Shown one piece after another: positions 1 through 13,861 of a stretch of DNA of 64,000 bases; the first letter of the stretch is position 1; every line of letters begins with the position of its first letter. The stretch is taken from positions 4,898,001 to 4,962,000 of the forward strand of contig CM114271.1 of NCBI GenBank assembly GCA_050084515.1. The letters run 5' to 3'. The notes under the pieces are model-generated. The model had not been told where the DNA came from, did no database searches, and saw only the letters and a list, made by a program, of their open reading frames with translations. The position numbers were made by a program, and so were the translations under genes. Source of the DNA: Blasia pusilla. Taxonomy: Eukaryota.

Positions 1-866
1 ATGGGGTGTAGGGGAGCAGGTCAAGTTGCCTACGTGGTTGAATAACATATGGGGTTGGAGAACGGATGTGGTAGGCAGGCTTACCAAGTCAAAGGTGACA
101 TTGTAGACGTGCTTTCTCTTTGAGTGTTTGATGTGGTAATTTTGGGTTACGTAGTAGGAGAGATTTTTGGTGCCTTGGTATTTCCAAGCACGGATCACGA
201 TTTGTGCGGGAGTGTGATTTGCGGCTCCTAGAGAGTTTTTGGGATGTGTTTTTGCAAGCATGGATGGGATTCACAATGGGATTTGCATGTTCAATTTGAC
301 TACGAGCGGGAGGGATGATTTACACAGATAGTTTGCAGAGAGAGTTGGGATGGAGTGTTACTATGTTGATGCCGGCAGATAGTCTACATCCGGTGATGGG
401 AGGTTCGACATGTTGGTCGAGGAGAGTGTTGTGCCGCGGAGGTTGCCACATCACATGGAGGAGTGAGTGTTGACGGTGTTGTAGGTTGGAGGGCGTGATG
501 AGGTTACCCATTTGAGTCCCTTTTCCCGCACTTATCTTGTGTCATTGAGGGTTTTGGATCAGGTAGTAGCTGGTGTTAGATGGTTGCGGCGATGGTGACG
601 AGTGTAGACTCCTTTCATGTGTAGCATGTTGGTGGATATACGACGGTTGCTGAATAGGGGTCACGTGTATGACCCGAGAGTGTCAGTTTTTATGTGAGTT
701 AAGTGGGAGGCTCATAGTGAGCCCGAGTGTTGAGTGTGCGTGAGGCCGCGTGTGTCATCATGGGATTACGATTAGCGTAGGTGAGTTAGTGAGGAGTGTG
801 GGAGACTCTTGGTGAGTCTAAGTTCTTGAGCGGGTGAGACATGGTTGTCATCACGGCGTTCTTCCA
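1..866 (+). mobile_element. Probable 5' part of DNMT-gypsy copy 1, separated from the rest (4720-7211) by a nested gypsy
   Basis: G-rich degenerate sequence of the same composition as 4720-7211. The RNase H of the nested element breaks off at ~867. No clear domain is readable, so the assignment is inferred from position. Confidence 0.4.
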
Positions 867-3151
867 GTGAACCACCGCGAACAACTCTTTCTTATGAGTG
901 GGCCATCTCCTTTCGGTGTCGCTAAGCTTCTTGCTCTCGTATGCTATAAGTCTCGCTTTTAGCACCAACATTCCTACAATCGCGAAATTACTAGCATCAG
1001 TGTGCACCTTGAACGGTTGGTCAAACTCCGGAAACTTCAGAAGTGGTTCCTGAGAGAGGATCTCCTTGACTCAATTCAACGCTTTATCCACTTCCTTGGT
1101 CCATGTTGTGTTGTCAAACTTGGCGGTCCAATCTGTGAGAGGTTTCACTATTCTCGAAAAGCTCTTCACATATGTCCGGTGAAACCGGATCGCTCTGATG
1201 AACCTCCTCATCCCCTTCACAATGGAAGGCGGTTCCCATTCGGCAATGCGCTTACCTTCCCCATATCTGGACTTACTCCGTATGCACTAACCACATGTCC
1301 CAAGAACTTGATCTTTGTCAAAACAAACTCATATCGCATACACGTTATCCGCATTCGCATACATCTTATTTGCCTTGAGTTTCTCAAACACCATCTTCAA
1401 ATATTGATCGTGCTCCTCTAGTATTCTCAAATAGATGAGTATATCATCTATATAGATGATCACAAACTCGTCCGTATCCTTATGAAAAGATGGAGTTCAT
1501 CAAAGTGGTGAACGTAGGAGGAGCATTAGAAAGACCAAAAACCATTACCACAAACTCGAACGAACTGTATCTCGTCCTACACGGAGTCTTCTCTACATTC
1601 GCTTCGGCAATCCGAACCTGATAATATCTTGATTTCACGTCAATCCGATTGAAATACTAGGCACCTGACAATCAATCAAAGAGTTCATCTATCCTCGGAA
1701 GAGGATAGTTGTTCCTTATGGTCACTTTATTCAGCGCTCGGTAATCAACACAGAGTCTCAACTTTCCATCTTTCTTTTTCACGAAGAGAACGGGCACTCC
1801 ATAAGGTGACTTGTTAGTTCGGATGTAACCCCTTTCTAGGAGTTCACCCAACTATTTCCTTAACTCAGCAAATTCTTTTTGATTCAACCTATATGGTGCC
1901 TTTGAAGATGGTTGAGATCTGGGCATCACCTCTATCTTATGATCAACCACCCTATGTGATGGCAACTCAGTCGGAAGCTCCTTAGTCAATACATATCCAA
2001 ATTCTTTCACAACTCTCTTGAGTGTTTCACGGATTCCCCTTGAAGCTGAGTTCTGATCTCTGCATCTTGCACTTGCATCACCCTCTACTTGTCTCATCAA
2101 GCAAAGGAATCCTTCCTCTAACGCGGTCAAACTCGTCCTTGTGATGGCGTTCACCAACTCTGTCTTTCTAGGAACCTCACGAACTAATCCGATATCCGTT
2201 CGTTTTCCGTCAACCAAGACGCTCAACCTCAAAGTTATTCGCCTCAGTTCCACCTCATATGCATCCAAGAGCGTATTTCCCAAGACTCCATTGATTCTGT
2301 CCATGTCACAAACTGTGAGATTCTCCTTCAACTCGAATACTTTGTATCCCATAACTAGCCCTAAAACGTGCTATGAGGTCAAATGGGATTTTCCTCCCGC
2401 GAATCCTACCCAAATGGGTTCATCCGCCTTAGTGGTTGGAAATCCCAACGTCGTCACGATTCTCGGGCTGAAGAATGAGTGTGAAGCACCTCTATCAACG
2501 AGTAACATCACATCGCCATTAACAATCTTGGATCCTAGATAAACCAAGCGTGATCTTTCAGAAACGCGATCGCTAAATTCACCTTGTCTTGCTCATCTAC
2601 CCTTTGTGCTTGGAAGTAAAGTTTGAGTTCCGTTAGAAACTCGCTCACTTTGCGAGAACAGCCCATTCCTGTTAATGACGTTGGTAAATTTGTCTTACAA
2701 AACTTCTTGCCGGAACTAGAGGCCCCATTCGACTTGAGTTCTATGATCACCTTGCTATGTTCGGCCATCTGGTCCGCCATCACCTTCATCAAATCCATCA
2801 TTTGGATATACAAGGTCGGGTTGTTCGAGTTTGGAGCCGAAGGCCCGGCGGAAAGATTTGCATTTGGAACATGCTCATGTTTGGGACTCGGCACTTCAGG
2901 AGTCACTATCTCCTCCTCTGGCTCATGGTCCGTCATTGATTCATCTCTCAATTTTTTTAATTTGACTCACGGCTTCCTTAGTTCTCCACCCTTAGACGCC
3001 ATTTGTGAGTCCTCGCTTTCTAAGATCTCCTCCTTGTCTCTTGCATTCCTCCTCAAGCGTCGCGGTCTTCCAGCTACCTTGAGTTATTCTCAAACATCCA
3101 GATCTTCTATGACCCCAAGTTCACGCTCACCAAGGATTTGCTTTGATACCA
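867..3151 (-). mobile_element. Degenerate Ty3/gypsy internal region (PBS, partial gag, protease, RT, truncated RNase H)
   Basis: PBS-like TGGTATCAAAGC (tRNA-iMet type) at 3140-3151 (-), 2 nt after ...TGACA. Gag 2535-2951; protease [37 protein letters not shown] and YIDDIL; RNase H HTDASNFAI..AYESKKL..ELFAVVH. Many stops and frameshifts. Confidence 0.9.
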
Positions 3152-3153
3152 CG

Positions 3154-4630
3154 TGTCATGCGCCTACTCTCTTTGAATGTTAATCTTTGTTGTTGCGGAA
3201 GGGTGCGTTCAGTAGATCATGCTCTCAATGGTGATCTGCATCCAAACATGCACTCGGTTAGTCGAGTCTTGGATCAATCAGCGGGCTAACTTTCCGAGTT
3301 CTCGTCTTGGTCTCTCATCAAGCTCAACCTTCCTAGTTTGGTGGTTTACAACACAGGCAAGTCTCGAAAGACTTGGGACAGACTTTATGGTCGGTTCAGA
3401 AACCTCGAACAACATTTCGTGCTTGATGGTTTCAAATTTCCGATGGACATCCAATGAGCCCCTAATTGAGACTCACAAAAAATGAATAATGGGTCGGAAT
3501 CCAAGTGTGGCGTACAAAGTCCACTTCCTTGGATAAGGTTTGGGTTTTGAGTTCCAACGCCAACCTCCCGTTCCATCCCGTGCCCTTGAGGCGCCGTTTG
3601 GTGCTCAAAGTGGGGATCCGTGTTCCAAGACTTCTTGGAGAGACTGCTCGCTTACCAGTACTTTAGGGGATCTCTGAGGTTCCCTACTTTCAGAGAAAGA
3701 CACCCGGGCCTCTCCAATTGGCCCTCAACCGAATTGCTCTCACAATCATTTTTGGCGAATATCTCAGTCTATACGCATGCATTTTCTCAAATCTTTTGTG
3801 CGTTGGAAACATCTCAAGATAATCTTTCCAACGCGTTCTTAATTGTCCCAAACTCATCTTGGGGCTAAATGTTATGATCCAAAACACAATCAAATTCCCC
3901 AAACGCTAGTCGTATTCCAAAAGTGGTTCTCACCTCTTTGGAAACCAACCTTCCAAGACTCAACTGCGTTCTCTTGATGACTTGGAAGGATGTATATAGA
4001 TCTCCCGCTGAGGATACTCGGTTTACTAACCTTGGGCCTCATATATTCCTTAGCCATATGCTTGGGTTTGCCATAATTTTAGCAAATCACTTTGACTTCG
4101 GGAACGGCGGCCCTCTTGGCTTCACGTTGAGTTCCACTCGTTTCATTGCTAGGGCAAGAGACCCATTGGTGGTCAAGCTCACCCCCATTCCAAACCCACC
4201 TGGAAGCCTCTTTTTTTTATAACTTATAAAAACTTTTTGGCTCAAAGGGTTTTTGGTTTTGGACTTCATCGTCCCCTATCCGTTCCGCTAGCCTCAAAAG
4301 CTCCGCGCACATCTCTGGAATGTGAGGCATACAAAAGGGGGCCTTTTTGGCACTCGATTTGAGTCCACTTAAGAAGATCACCTTCTTTGTAAACTCATCC
4401 ATGGAAAGTGATCTCATTTGTGCAATGAACTCTCGCACATAAGCGCTAAGGGATCCGCTTTGGTGCAACCTCACAAACTCCCATGCCATCGCGATACTCC
4501 TGATATTCTGGAGTGAATCGGTTACCAATCAACCCCTTGAAATCTTCCCAACTGAAAGTTCTTCCACGGCCCAGATGTTCTCAATGGAAGTCTTGGCTCA
4601 CGTTTGGTATAGGTTTCCTAGTCGTGACCA
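3154..4630 (-). mobile_element. LTR-position segment containing a second gag remnant
   Basis: Ends in TGACA next to the PBS. 4217-4600 reads SWEDFKGLIGNRFTPEY..EFVRLHQSGSLSAYVREF (retrotransposon gag-like). Confidence 0.55.
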
Positions 4631-4719
4631 CTAACCCATGAAACGTACAACTCTGTTTTACGTTCTCTCTTGGAATTTTCCAAGAAACCTTTCTAAAAGC
4701 CTCTCCAAAGCGCGATCAT

Positions 4720-7211
4720 CGCAGCGTGAGACCACTTGAGTTGTGATGTTCCGCTTGGTGCCTATTTGGTGTTCATTTGGTTATGAGGGTCGCGACACTA
4801 AGGGAGGCGTTCATGCGCATATGATGGTTGATTGTTGCCACACATGGGGTGATTGAGGCGCAGTCAGTGCAATATTGGTACGAGATGCTAGATAAGGAGC
4901 CACGAAGGAGAGTTTAGGATGCGATATTGCTTCACACCGCGAAGCCCACATTGAAGGTGGTCCTTGAGTTGTGTGAGCGGATAGAGGTCAACATGAGTGA
5001 GGAGCGGGTGATGACCATGGGATTTCTGGGAGATACGACGAATTGACGAGTAGGAGTAGACCCATAGGTACCCTAGCATGCACCAGTACCACGGGAGATG
5101 GCCGATGGGCCCAGAGATCAAGGTGGGTATCGCCAGCCGATGAGGCAACGGCCCGTACCAACATATGTTTCCTTACAGGGATAGGGGTTGGCTTGTTGGA
5201 CGTGTGGTGGGTCACATAGGTAGAGGGATTGCCCACGACATGGTAGAGCGCCTAGGGTGCCTCTGGGTATTTAGAAGCCACCTAGGATGGCCCCACCACA
5301 ATTGCAGTATGATCATTATCACCGATATGGTCACACTAGGGATAGGTGTTATGATCTTCACCGGGAGGTACGTCTTGAGGTAGGCATAGGACTTGGGGGC
5401 AAGAGAGTTGGTGGAGATCGAATGGTAGATGATCGTGGTGGTAGAGTGCCATCACCAGTCAAGAGAGATGGAGGACGTGCACCCGATGCAGCGATTCTTA
5501 CGCGCATCGATCAGTTAAAATAGAGGTGTTGCCATGACGATGATGCAACTAGAGGCAGGCCCAGAGCTGAGAGTAGCTAGTGTGGGGCCAACCTTCACAT
5601 CATACCACAATGCTGGTGAGGATTCTACGGGGATGGGATTTTTGTGTAGTGCGGCTCAGGTTGAGGCTGATGCGGTGGTGACTCAGGGTGCTACGAGAGT
5701 GATCGAGCTATCAAGAGGTGGAGACCGATGGGCGGCAAGCTAGGGTTCCCTAGTCATTCACATTGTCGGAGGCACTACATACACCGTCGATGGTGCCTTG
5801 ACGACCGGTAGTACCCACATGTGGAATAGGTGCATTAACGTCACGAGGAGTTAGAGACACGACTCTTATGCTAGCTCGGGAGGAGCTAGTGTCAACCATG
5901 TTGTTGGAGTTGGCCACTAGGATGAGCCACGCTCCGTTGATTTCCGCCATGAAGTTGGCGACGTTAGGAGTTGGACCAGCGGAGGTGTTCTGACTAGACG
6001 CCATGTTATGTGAGCATGAAGAGGTAGACTGCCTCTCGTTCAGAGGTAGTTGAGGATGTGGTGGACTTTCCCTTGGAGTAGGAGCTCGGGACGTCCCCCA
6101 CTGAATCATGGAATGCGGCGGAGAAGTTGGGAGACATGCCAGCTCGACCGGACATTGAGCGAGCCATGATCACACCGGGTGTGGTATCGTTGGATAATCG
6201 AGCATGAGTGTTTCTCTTGGTTAGTCCCATGGGTACGGTGTACCACCCGCAACGCGTCCTACTTGATTCGGGAGTGTGGACCTTGATGTTAGGGAAGGCT
6301 GCATGTTTGGCGTTGGGATTACGAAAAGGCGACATCGATCATTGGCTTTTCAGATACAGACCTCTATTGGGGGCGTATCACCCACGCAGTTGATGACTCG
6401 ACATGAGTTGGTGGTTAGACTCCAGCCAAAGCATGAGTCGGATAGTGCAATGGTGCACACTCAGGCGATTATGACACCGAAAGAGTAATATGATATGTTG
6501 GTAGGGAGTACAATTGTGTACCCTCTTGGTTTCATTCTGGATTTTTGGGAGGAGACGGTTTCTTATCGGCTAGGGTGGCGATCAGGTGATGGATTGGTGA
6601 GCCATCTATCCATGTTGTTTGGAGGGAGTAGTGCTGGTCGACCACGTGAGGATATAGTGACCATGTTGGCAGCATTCACAGGTGGTGTTCGATGATCATG
6701 AAAGTTCGAGGAGAGGAGCACACATGCGGAGGACATTCCCATTGCGGATAGTCCCACGGAGCGACATGCTAGGGTGGGTGTCTCTTCCCATGGTGCAGAG
6801 TTGCTTTATTGTTATTAGGGACGAGCATTGAGATGCCTAGAGTGCAGACGAGCTCGTGAGGCAGACTTAGAGCCGTGTTTATGTTTGGAGCAGGGTACGA
6901 GAGTGTTAGATCTCTTCGAAGGGATCAACACGGCGGGTTGATGTAGTGTGGAAATGTTGCGGTGATGATGGCACCGATGGCACTAGATGTGTATAGGATA
7001 GGAGATCTTGTTGGGTACATATGTGTGTGCTATCTGGAGTTAGGGGGACCCAACTGCCATCTAAGGAGGCGGTTGTGGGATCCAAGTGTATATGTGTGAG
7101 TTTGTTTGGTTATGTATGGATTTGCTTGTTTGTTGGGGAAGATCGATGTTGTGTGGTATGTAGATGTGACGAGCAATGGGTTGTGTAGCGATTTGTATTC
7201 ACACGACTACA
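4720..7211 (+). mobile_element. DNMT-gypsy copy 1: gag, zinc knuckles, protease and MTase motif I, then an internal deletion to the 3' terminus
   Basis: Gag TLREAFMRI..EAQSVQYWYEMLD matches copy 2 gag (LGEAYTRL..ESQTIQSWYTMLD). Knuckle CWTCGGSHR.RDC ~5195-5235; protease RVLLDSG ~6253-6273; VLDLFEGINT at 6903-6932. 7030-7211 resembles the reverse complement of 44580-44750. Confidence 0.8.
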
Positions 7212-7329
7212 TATTAGTTTCTAGTAGTTATGAGAAAATCAGAGAATTGGTAACAACTTGTTTTCCCACATTGTCTCCAACTATGATGCTTGCTGGAGGG
7301 TTTGTGTACTAGGCAAAACTTAGACATAT

Positions 7330-9350
7330 ATGCTTCAAGAACTGATCAACATCACAATAAACAATATAACATATGGGAAGGAGAATCAAATACTTTGATA
7401 CATCCCATGATCTGACAAGGGACCATAATACATCCTCGCATTGCAAAAAAAAGTTCACGGCTGTGAATACCACTTAAACTCATATGGACATTTAAACCTG
7501 GCGAGATTGCATGGGACCATGTTCTGAAGAAGAAACAACCTCCTGAAACAATTTCCCCAGTGCCCATCATCCTGCTATCTTTTTTGAGGTGAAGCATCCA
7601 ATTTTCCTAGATATGGCCTCATGCTTAATATAAAAGTGTGTAGTGGTCTCAAATACCAACATCAAACAAGGGATGGTGCAGAATCTATCTACTATTGGCA
7701 TACAAGTCCAACTATTCATCCATCATCAAAATTTGGAGAGGAAACAAATGGATGTCTGGAGTGGTACAGGTAACACATTAAATGACTCCTCATCGTTGGC
7801 CACAAGTCTTCATCAAGTAGACAATGCCCAAGTTGGATCTGTGAAGCAAACCAACAACCTATAGTTTCTAAAGAGTAGGAGAGAGAAGATGGAGCTTTTG
7901 TGATATGACTTTCCGAGTCAATAGAGACATTTTCACAACAAAGTGGTAGAGAGTCATTCAACACTAATCGTTTCTTCTCTACTATATTATTTTAGCATAA
8001 ATGTTTGAGAGCCAACTCCATACCAGTCTGCAATAGGGGTCCGAATTGGAATTGAAGTTTACCTAGAGATAGGTTCCCTTGATTTAAAAATCACCCGATA
8101 TTCTTGTAGAGTCAATGACTAATATTAAAAATGGAGACAAGAATCAAGTTCATTAATGCTTGGTCAATGGTAATATTTTTTCCAACATTAATTTGCGGTC
8201 TTGAATTCACTACACTAGACCTGAAAATTATGCCCTCATTTATTCTAACTTGTTCACGGTTGAGATAGAGAGGATGGTTGTGGCTTTTTGGTTTAATCTT
8301 GAGAAATCTCCACTCACACCATCTCTGCAAGCACACAGATCTTATGGGAGGCTCTCCATTAGGTACTTCCTACACTTATTCCAAGTACCTGACTACACTC
8401 CATAAGTGAGACAATGACAATGTACTCCTAAACAATGACCGTGTACTTTTTAAGTAGTGCTTGTTGTAGGGCTATGCATTCTGACCTATTCCACATGTTT
8501 TTATGTTCATACAGATCGAACCTGGAGCAAAGTTATAAACATATTTCATCTGCTGGTTTCGGTTGCAAAAGAGTGGGTCTTTCACCAAATATACTTCATT
8601 TTGGCCAGATGAGCAAATCCTTTTGTTGCATCAATCTTATCTACACGGATCCATCTTTTTTTTTTTCTTTTTTTTGTTGATTACAAGATCTTTCCAAGGT
8701 GTAGAATCCATTCCTTGTACTCCAAGATATTGAAGCAACATTCATTGATGGATCCTAACTTTGAGGAGAGTTTAACCCGGGATGACTTCATGCACATGCA
8801 TGATATAAGAAACAAATATTTTTTTTGGATAAGGAGACATTTCAGTTTTCAATAAATGACAATGAATCTTTCTGTTTGTTTGCAGCCTTACATGGATGAT
8901 AATCATCCATTCATCTTGGGATTCCAAACCCAATGTCACTTGAAGCACTAGTAAAGTATGGACACGCTAGTGCTTTAAGCATGGATGGCACATTTGGAAC
9001 TAATCGTAACGTACAGGGTAAAACCCACTTCATTTACTATTATTTAAGCTAAATGTTTAGGATCTATATATAATGGTCGATTTTCAATAATTTTGCATCA
9101 ATTTTTTGCAATCATGCTTTTAACAAATGTTGATTGATCTTTTGAAGTTTCCACTCTATTCCTTGCTCGTGTTCAACGATCATCACTCTGGAATACGTGT
9201 TGCTTGGATTCTCAGATCCAGTGCAAAAGAGGTGTACTTGGGAAGATGGTTGAAAGCTATTTTTTGATAAGTATAGAGGCATTCAACCAAATTGGGAGCA
9301 AAACGCCATTATCGTGGACGATGAAATGGATGAACAAAATGCAATCATGT
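7330..9350 (+). pseudogene. MULE/Mutator-type transposase remnant, 5' part
   Basis: LGFQTQ..LEALVKYGHASALSMDGTFGTN (~8915-9005), FPLYSLLVFNDHHSGIRVAWI and NAIIVDD: MULE DDE core with intron-like gaps and frameshifts. Left boundary uncertain. Confidence 0.75.
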
Positions 9351-10108
9351 GAGATATTGACTCACTCATATACAAGTTTAGAGGGAGCTTTGTGAACTAT
9401 AATACAGATTGAAGAAGGGATTTTGGCACATTGTATGTCACACTATTACAGTGCATAAATAGAAACCATTCCATATACTAACCAAACAACGTGTTTCTTG
9501 GAAACCATTATGTTAGGGAATTTTTTCCAACAACACGGGTCATGTTCTCAAAGGGGATAGTCTATGTATACCTCCTACATCACCTATGACATTTTGGGGT
9601 TGGAAACCCTAACTTATAAGTGATTTTTTTCCCTCCCCCTTACTTATTTTAAATCCACAACTTTTCAAAAAGTATGACCCCTATATTTTGTTAAGTCAAT
9701 TTTTGTCCTTGATTTGTTTAGGGGTTTGAAAGTAAAGAAAAGTACCTCTTCGCATGGCGGTCTTGTGTTGTTGCACTTGATAACAATCTTCAGCGATACC
9801 CAAGCCATTGCCAAACATATATAGTAATGATATGTGAGGTGGAATTATATGAATGTTTCCAGTGACTCAATGTTTAGTGCAACTTCCACTTTCCCCATTA
9901 CTTTGGTACCTATGACGGAGAGGAATTGAACCTCAATATGGGCAAGATGCTCATATGGCCACGTCGTTATCCCCCTTACTTATCCCCTCCCGAAACTAGC
10001 CTATCATCAACTCAAAAATGACTTCATACTATAACATGCACATCATTTGGCAAAAGACGACACGCCGCTAATCTAATCATTGACCACTTGGTATCATATA
10101 TCATGGAT

Positions 10109-13100
10109 TCATATGATCCATGATATATGAATCCATTCATATATCATGGATGTAAGACTTGGCTTCATGGACAAGCTCACATTTAAAATCACCATTTCAA
10201 TGTCAATATATCGGCCATCACATGCATCATATGTGAACAAGGTGTTGCTCTTAGGTGAGCGCCAATACCAATTACACAATATCTGATAGACATTGCATGT
10301 CAGTCCATCTTTTGGGACAAGCCGGTCCAAAAGATCAATAGGAGATCTACATCTACCCCATTGACTACCATATTTCAGTTTGATGAATACAATGCGATCT
10401 AACCAAAACTCCTTTGTAGGGACTATTATGTTCTCATCCAACTTCTTTTTTTTCTCTTCTTTGACTTACTTGATCTGGTAGAAGGACCAACTTGTGTAGT
10501 AGACTCAAACAAAACAGCTATATCACTTCCAATGTCAACATAACAAGTTGGGCAATCTGGATTAGTTGGTTCTTTTACCTTACCTGTAGTGTAATATGTT
10601 TTATGTGACATCCGTGTTAGCATATATTTAGAAATGAAAGGATTGCACGCCCAATCACTCACCAAAGTGGACTTGTAGTACATTCTGCCCTCAAATATCA
10701 CAGTAGGCACAACTTGACGAGGAACTCCATCTATGCACTCTTGCAAAATTGAATTAAATACATGCCTTATCTCATGTCCCAATGTTTCTGTCTCTATGGA
10801 TGGATTTTTATATGCTTCCTCAACCAAGTCCTCACCAATCACTCTAGACTCATCAAAGGTCGGTGCATCACTTTCCCAAGCATCAAGGCTATTGAAATCC
10901 CTCTACATTGGGTCATCAACTTCTATTTCATCAACACTAGACTCCTCCGATGGGCGAGGGTTTGTTGATGGTCTATGTTCTACGAAATCCTCAGAGTCAT
11001 CACATGCAACTGCCTCATTTATAATGGCAGAATCAGGCCACGTCTCTACCTCCACATCTTGTGGATACAACCACCATGGCCTCTGACATGTAGGCAAAGA
11101 GGACTTACGAGACATACTCAACCTGCTCAATATTTTTTTTGCTCCATCCAAATCCTCTTTAAGGGCATGAACTACTAGCTTATTAGTCTGAATTAATGAA
11201 TAGTCAAATAGGTTAGGAGCATCTTCTCCTATACATAACGGATGGAGAGTTCCCCGCACTTGATATTGCTTTGGGTGAGACCAACCAATCTTTAATCCTT
11301 CTGGTCTAAATTCCAAGCCATCCAGTCTATTCAATCCCATTGCACTATCCAACAAAGACTCAAAATCATAGTTCCGTTCATGGCCACTCATTCCATCTAC
11401 CTTGCTGAAGAAGATCTCACAATAGTCAAATCCTATGAGGTGAAATGGAACTTGCAAGTATGGATACTTGTCACGGAAAGCACACATTAGTAATATAATA
11501 AAATGGCAAAATATGTTGATATCATGGAAATCTTGCATTGATATCATGTTCGTTTCTGTCACAGATCCTACACTCCCTGTCACAGAATGATCACCATGTC
11601 TCAACCAAAGTCTCTAGAGTCGAAAGAACCACGACACTTTAGATGTCAAAACTACACAACTCCTCAAGTCATGCTTACGTGAGAAGAAAATATCAATGTA
11701 ATTTTTGGGTCCCTAGGCTTCTATCATGACGAACATCCACTCTCTCAAACATATCCTTCAAACAAGCTTGCACTCTCTTTGAAGAAATTTCGTTGAGGTC
11801 CAGCCCAATTATGCCTATGAGTCTTATTCACATCATCCCACTTCAAGCTTTGCTCGTGAATTTTGTAGTGGTTATAGACATTTGTCACATAGGATAGAGA
11901 TGCGTGTTGATCTCCAAGGACATAAGTAGCTAAGCATCTATCAAATTGATTAATTGCTTTCTTCCCATTATGAGGTGCACCCTGGTCTCCAAAGCCATAT
12001 AGATCACCATTAGGAAGAATAGAAACAGAATCCTACCATCCTTCCCACCCCACATTATACCTAGGTGCAGTAGAGTTAATACCCCTAAAATCCTCCATCA
12101 TTAATTTTCTACGACGAGCATCCCCGTCACTGGCATGTCCTAATAAAGGCCCAACATCAGCTCGACAATACTTATCCCACATTGCTTTCAACTGCACCCA
12201 ATGTTGTCTCACCCACTTTGCAGTGAACTTGTTATATGTGGCAATAACACATATGGCCAATTTAGGCATAACCTCATGAAGAGGATTTACAATGATAACT
12301 CTAACATACATGCCTGTACAATAATCCCGAAAAGTACTTACAATCTTGTGATAACCCTCATCAACCTCCCCGACCAATAATTCCATTCCATATGAATATT
12401 ATTATGCCTCTTTGGGCCCACAAATCCCAATTAGGGTATCATACTTGGCCTCCCATCTATCAGATATGACTCTGTAATGTTAAGTTATATTTAGAAGGAA
12501 AAAATATTTCAGTGGCTTACAATTTGTTGTATTGAATCTTAAAAACTCACATAGACCTCTTCTTAATCCTTGTTTCATCCTCTGCAAATATTACAGGGAC
12601 ATCTCCTTCAATTCCAAAAGTTTTCTTCGATGCAAACAAAATTCTGCCAACCTCCATGAATATCTCTTTGCGTAATCCAGCTCTGAAGGGTGGTAACTTG
12701 GCTCTGTCTGGCTTCAATATTTTTAGACTTGGACCACCTAAGTTCTTCTTAAAAAAGTGGGCCACTTGCCTACCACCAAATTGTAGCATTGTTTGGGCTA
12801 TGGCTTTGGTTCCTATCCAAAGCCATAGCCCAAGGATCTGAGACTATTCCTAAGGAACAGTCTCAGATCCTTTGTATCAATAGCTACTCCTAACAATTCC
12901 TCTAGCTTCCTCTGCCTAGTACTCAAGGCAACTACTTTGGCAGCATACTGTGATCGAAGCCCTGATTGCTTTGTGAATTTGGAAGTCAAATTTGCAACTT
13001 GCTTTTTGTGCTCTGTCTTAGTGAGACAATCCAACCATATCCCCCATTGGTATCTCTGGCTCCTCTTGGCACTAAAGCTTGTGCTTCCATGTGCACCTTT

Positions 13101-13822
13101 CCTATAAGAGCTCCCAACGTTGGACTTCCCGGTGAAGAACTTCATGATTGATCCTTATGATGGGTGTTGATCCCTGGTATCTGCTTTCCTTGGTTTGCCT
13201 CTCTTCCCAGACCTCAATGCAATCTTCACATAAGCCTGCTTGACCTGAGAGGCATCCAAAGGATTCCGGCTTACCATATATTGTCTCAAATTATGATCAA
13301 AATTGAGTTTCTTTGGGCACATGTCTGTATGCAACTTTCCACAGACCCTGCACCTGATCTTAAATAAGTATGACATATTGGCATGTTGAGGATCTGTGGG
13401 AGATGGTGTCACAAAGAACATCTCCCTGTCATCCCCAACATCTCATTCAGTTGGGAGAGGATCTCTAGTTCTCTAGAGATGGCCTCTCCATGATCAAATT
13501 GAGGTTTGTGAACAACATCACTAGGCTCCATCAATGATGTAGGCAATTTTCTTCTCTTACAGAAGCTATCCTTGTGTTTCAGGTTAACTAGATGCTTTGT
13601 CCTAAAATTGCTAGAGCAATTTGCAATAGCTTTCACATTTTGGGAATTCTCTACATTCCTATAGTTCACTCTACACTCCAAATACTCTAGATGTCCTCTG
13701 ACATCTGTTCCATCATCCCATGTCCTCACCCTCTAGTTGTGGTCCTTGTATCCATTCTTCTCAACCCACTTCCCTAATCTCATGAACTTATCATTCCAAT
13801 ATTTGGCAATTGGATCTGCCAT
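10109..13822 (-). pseudogene. P-element/THAP9-like DDE transposase pseudogene
   Basis: Colinear ORF fragments from ATG 13822: Cys/His-rich N-terminus (CRVCGKLH), AEDETRIK (12562-12585), GHASDGD (12120-12140), DQGAPHNGKK (11958-11987), DYCEIFFSKV (~11398-11428). Order and spacing resemble the P-type D..D..DxxH..E pattern. Likely intron at ~12460-12550. Confidence 0.65.
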
Positions 13823-13861
13823 TAACACTGACGCAAACGAGGCTCAGACAAAACTTTAGTT

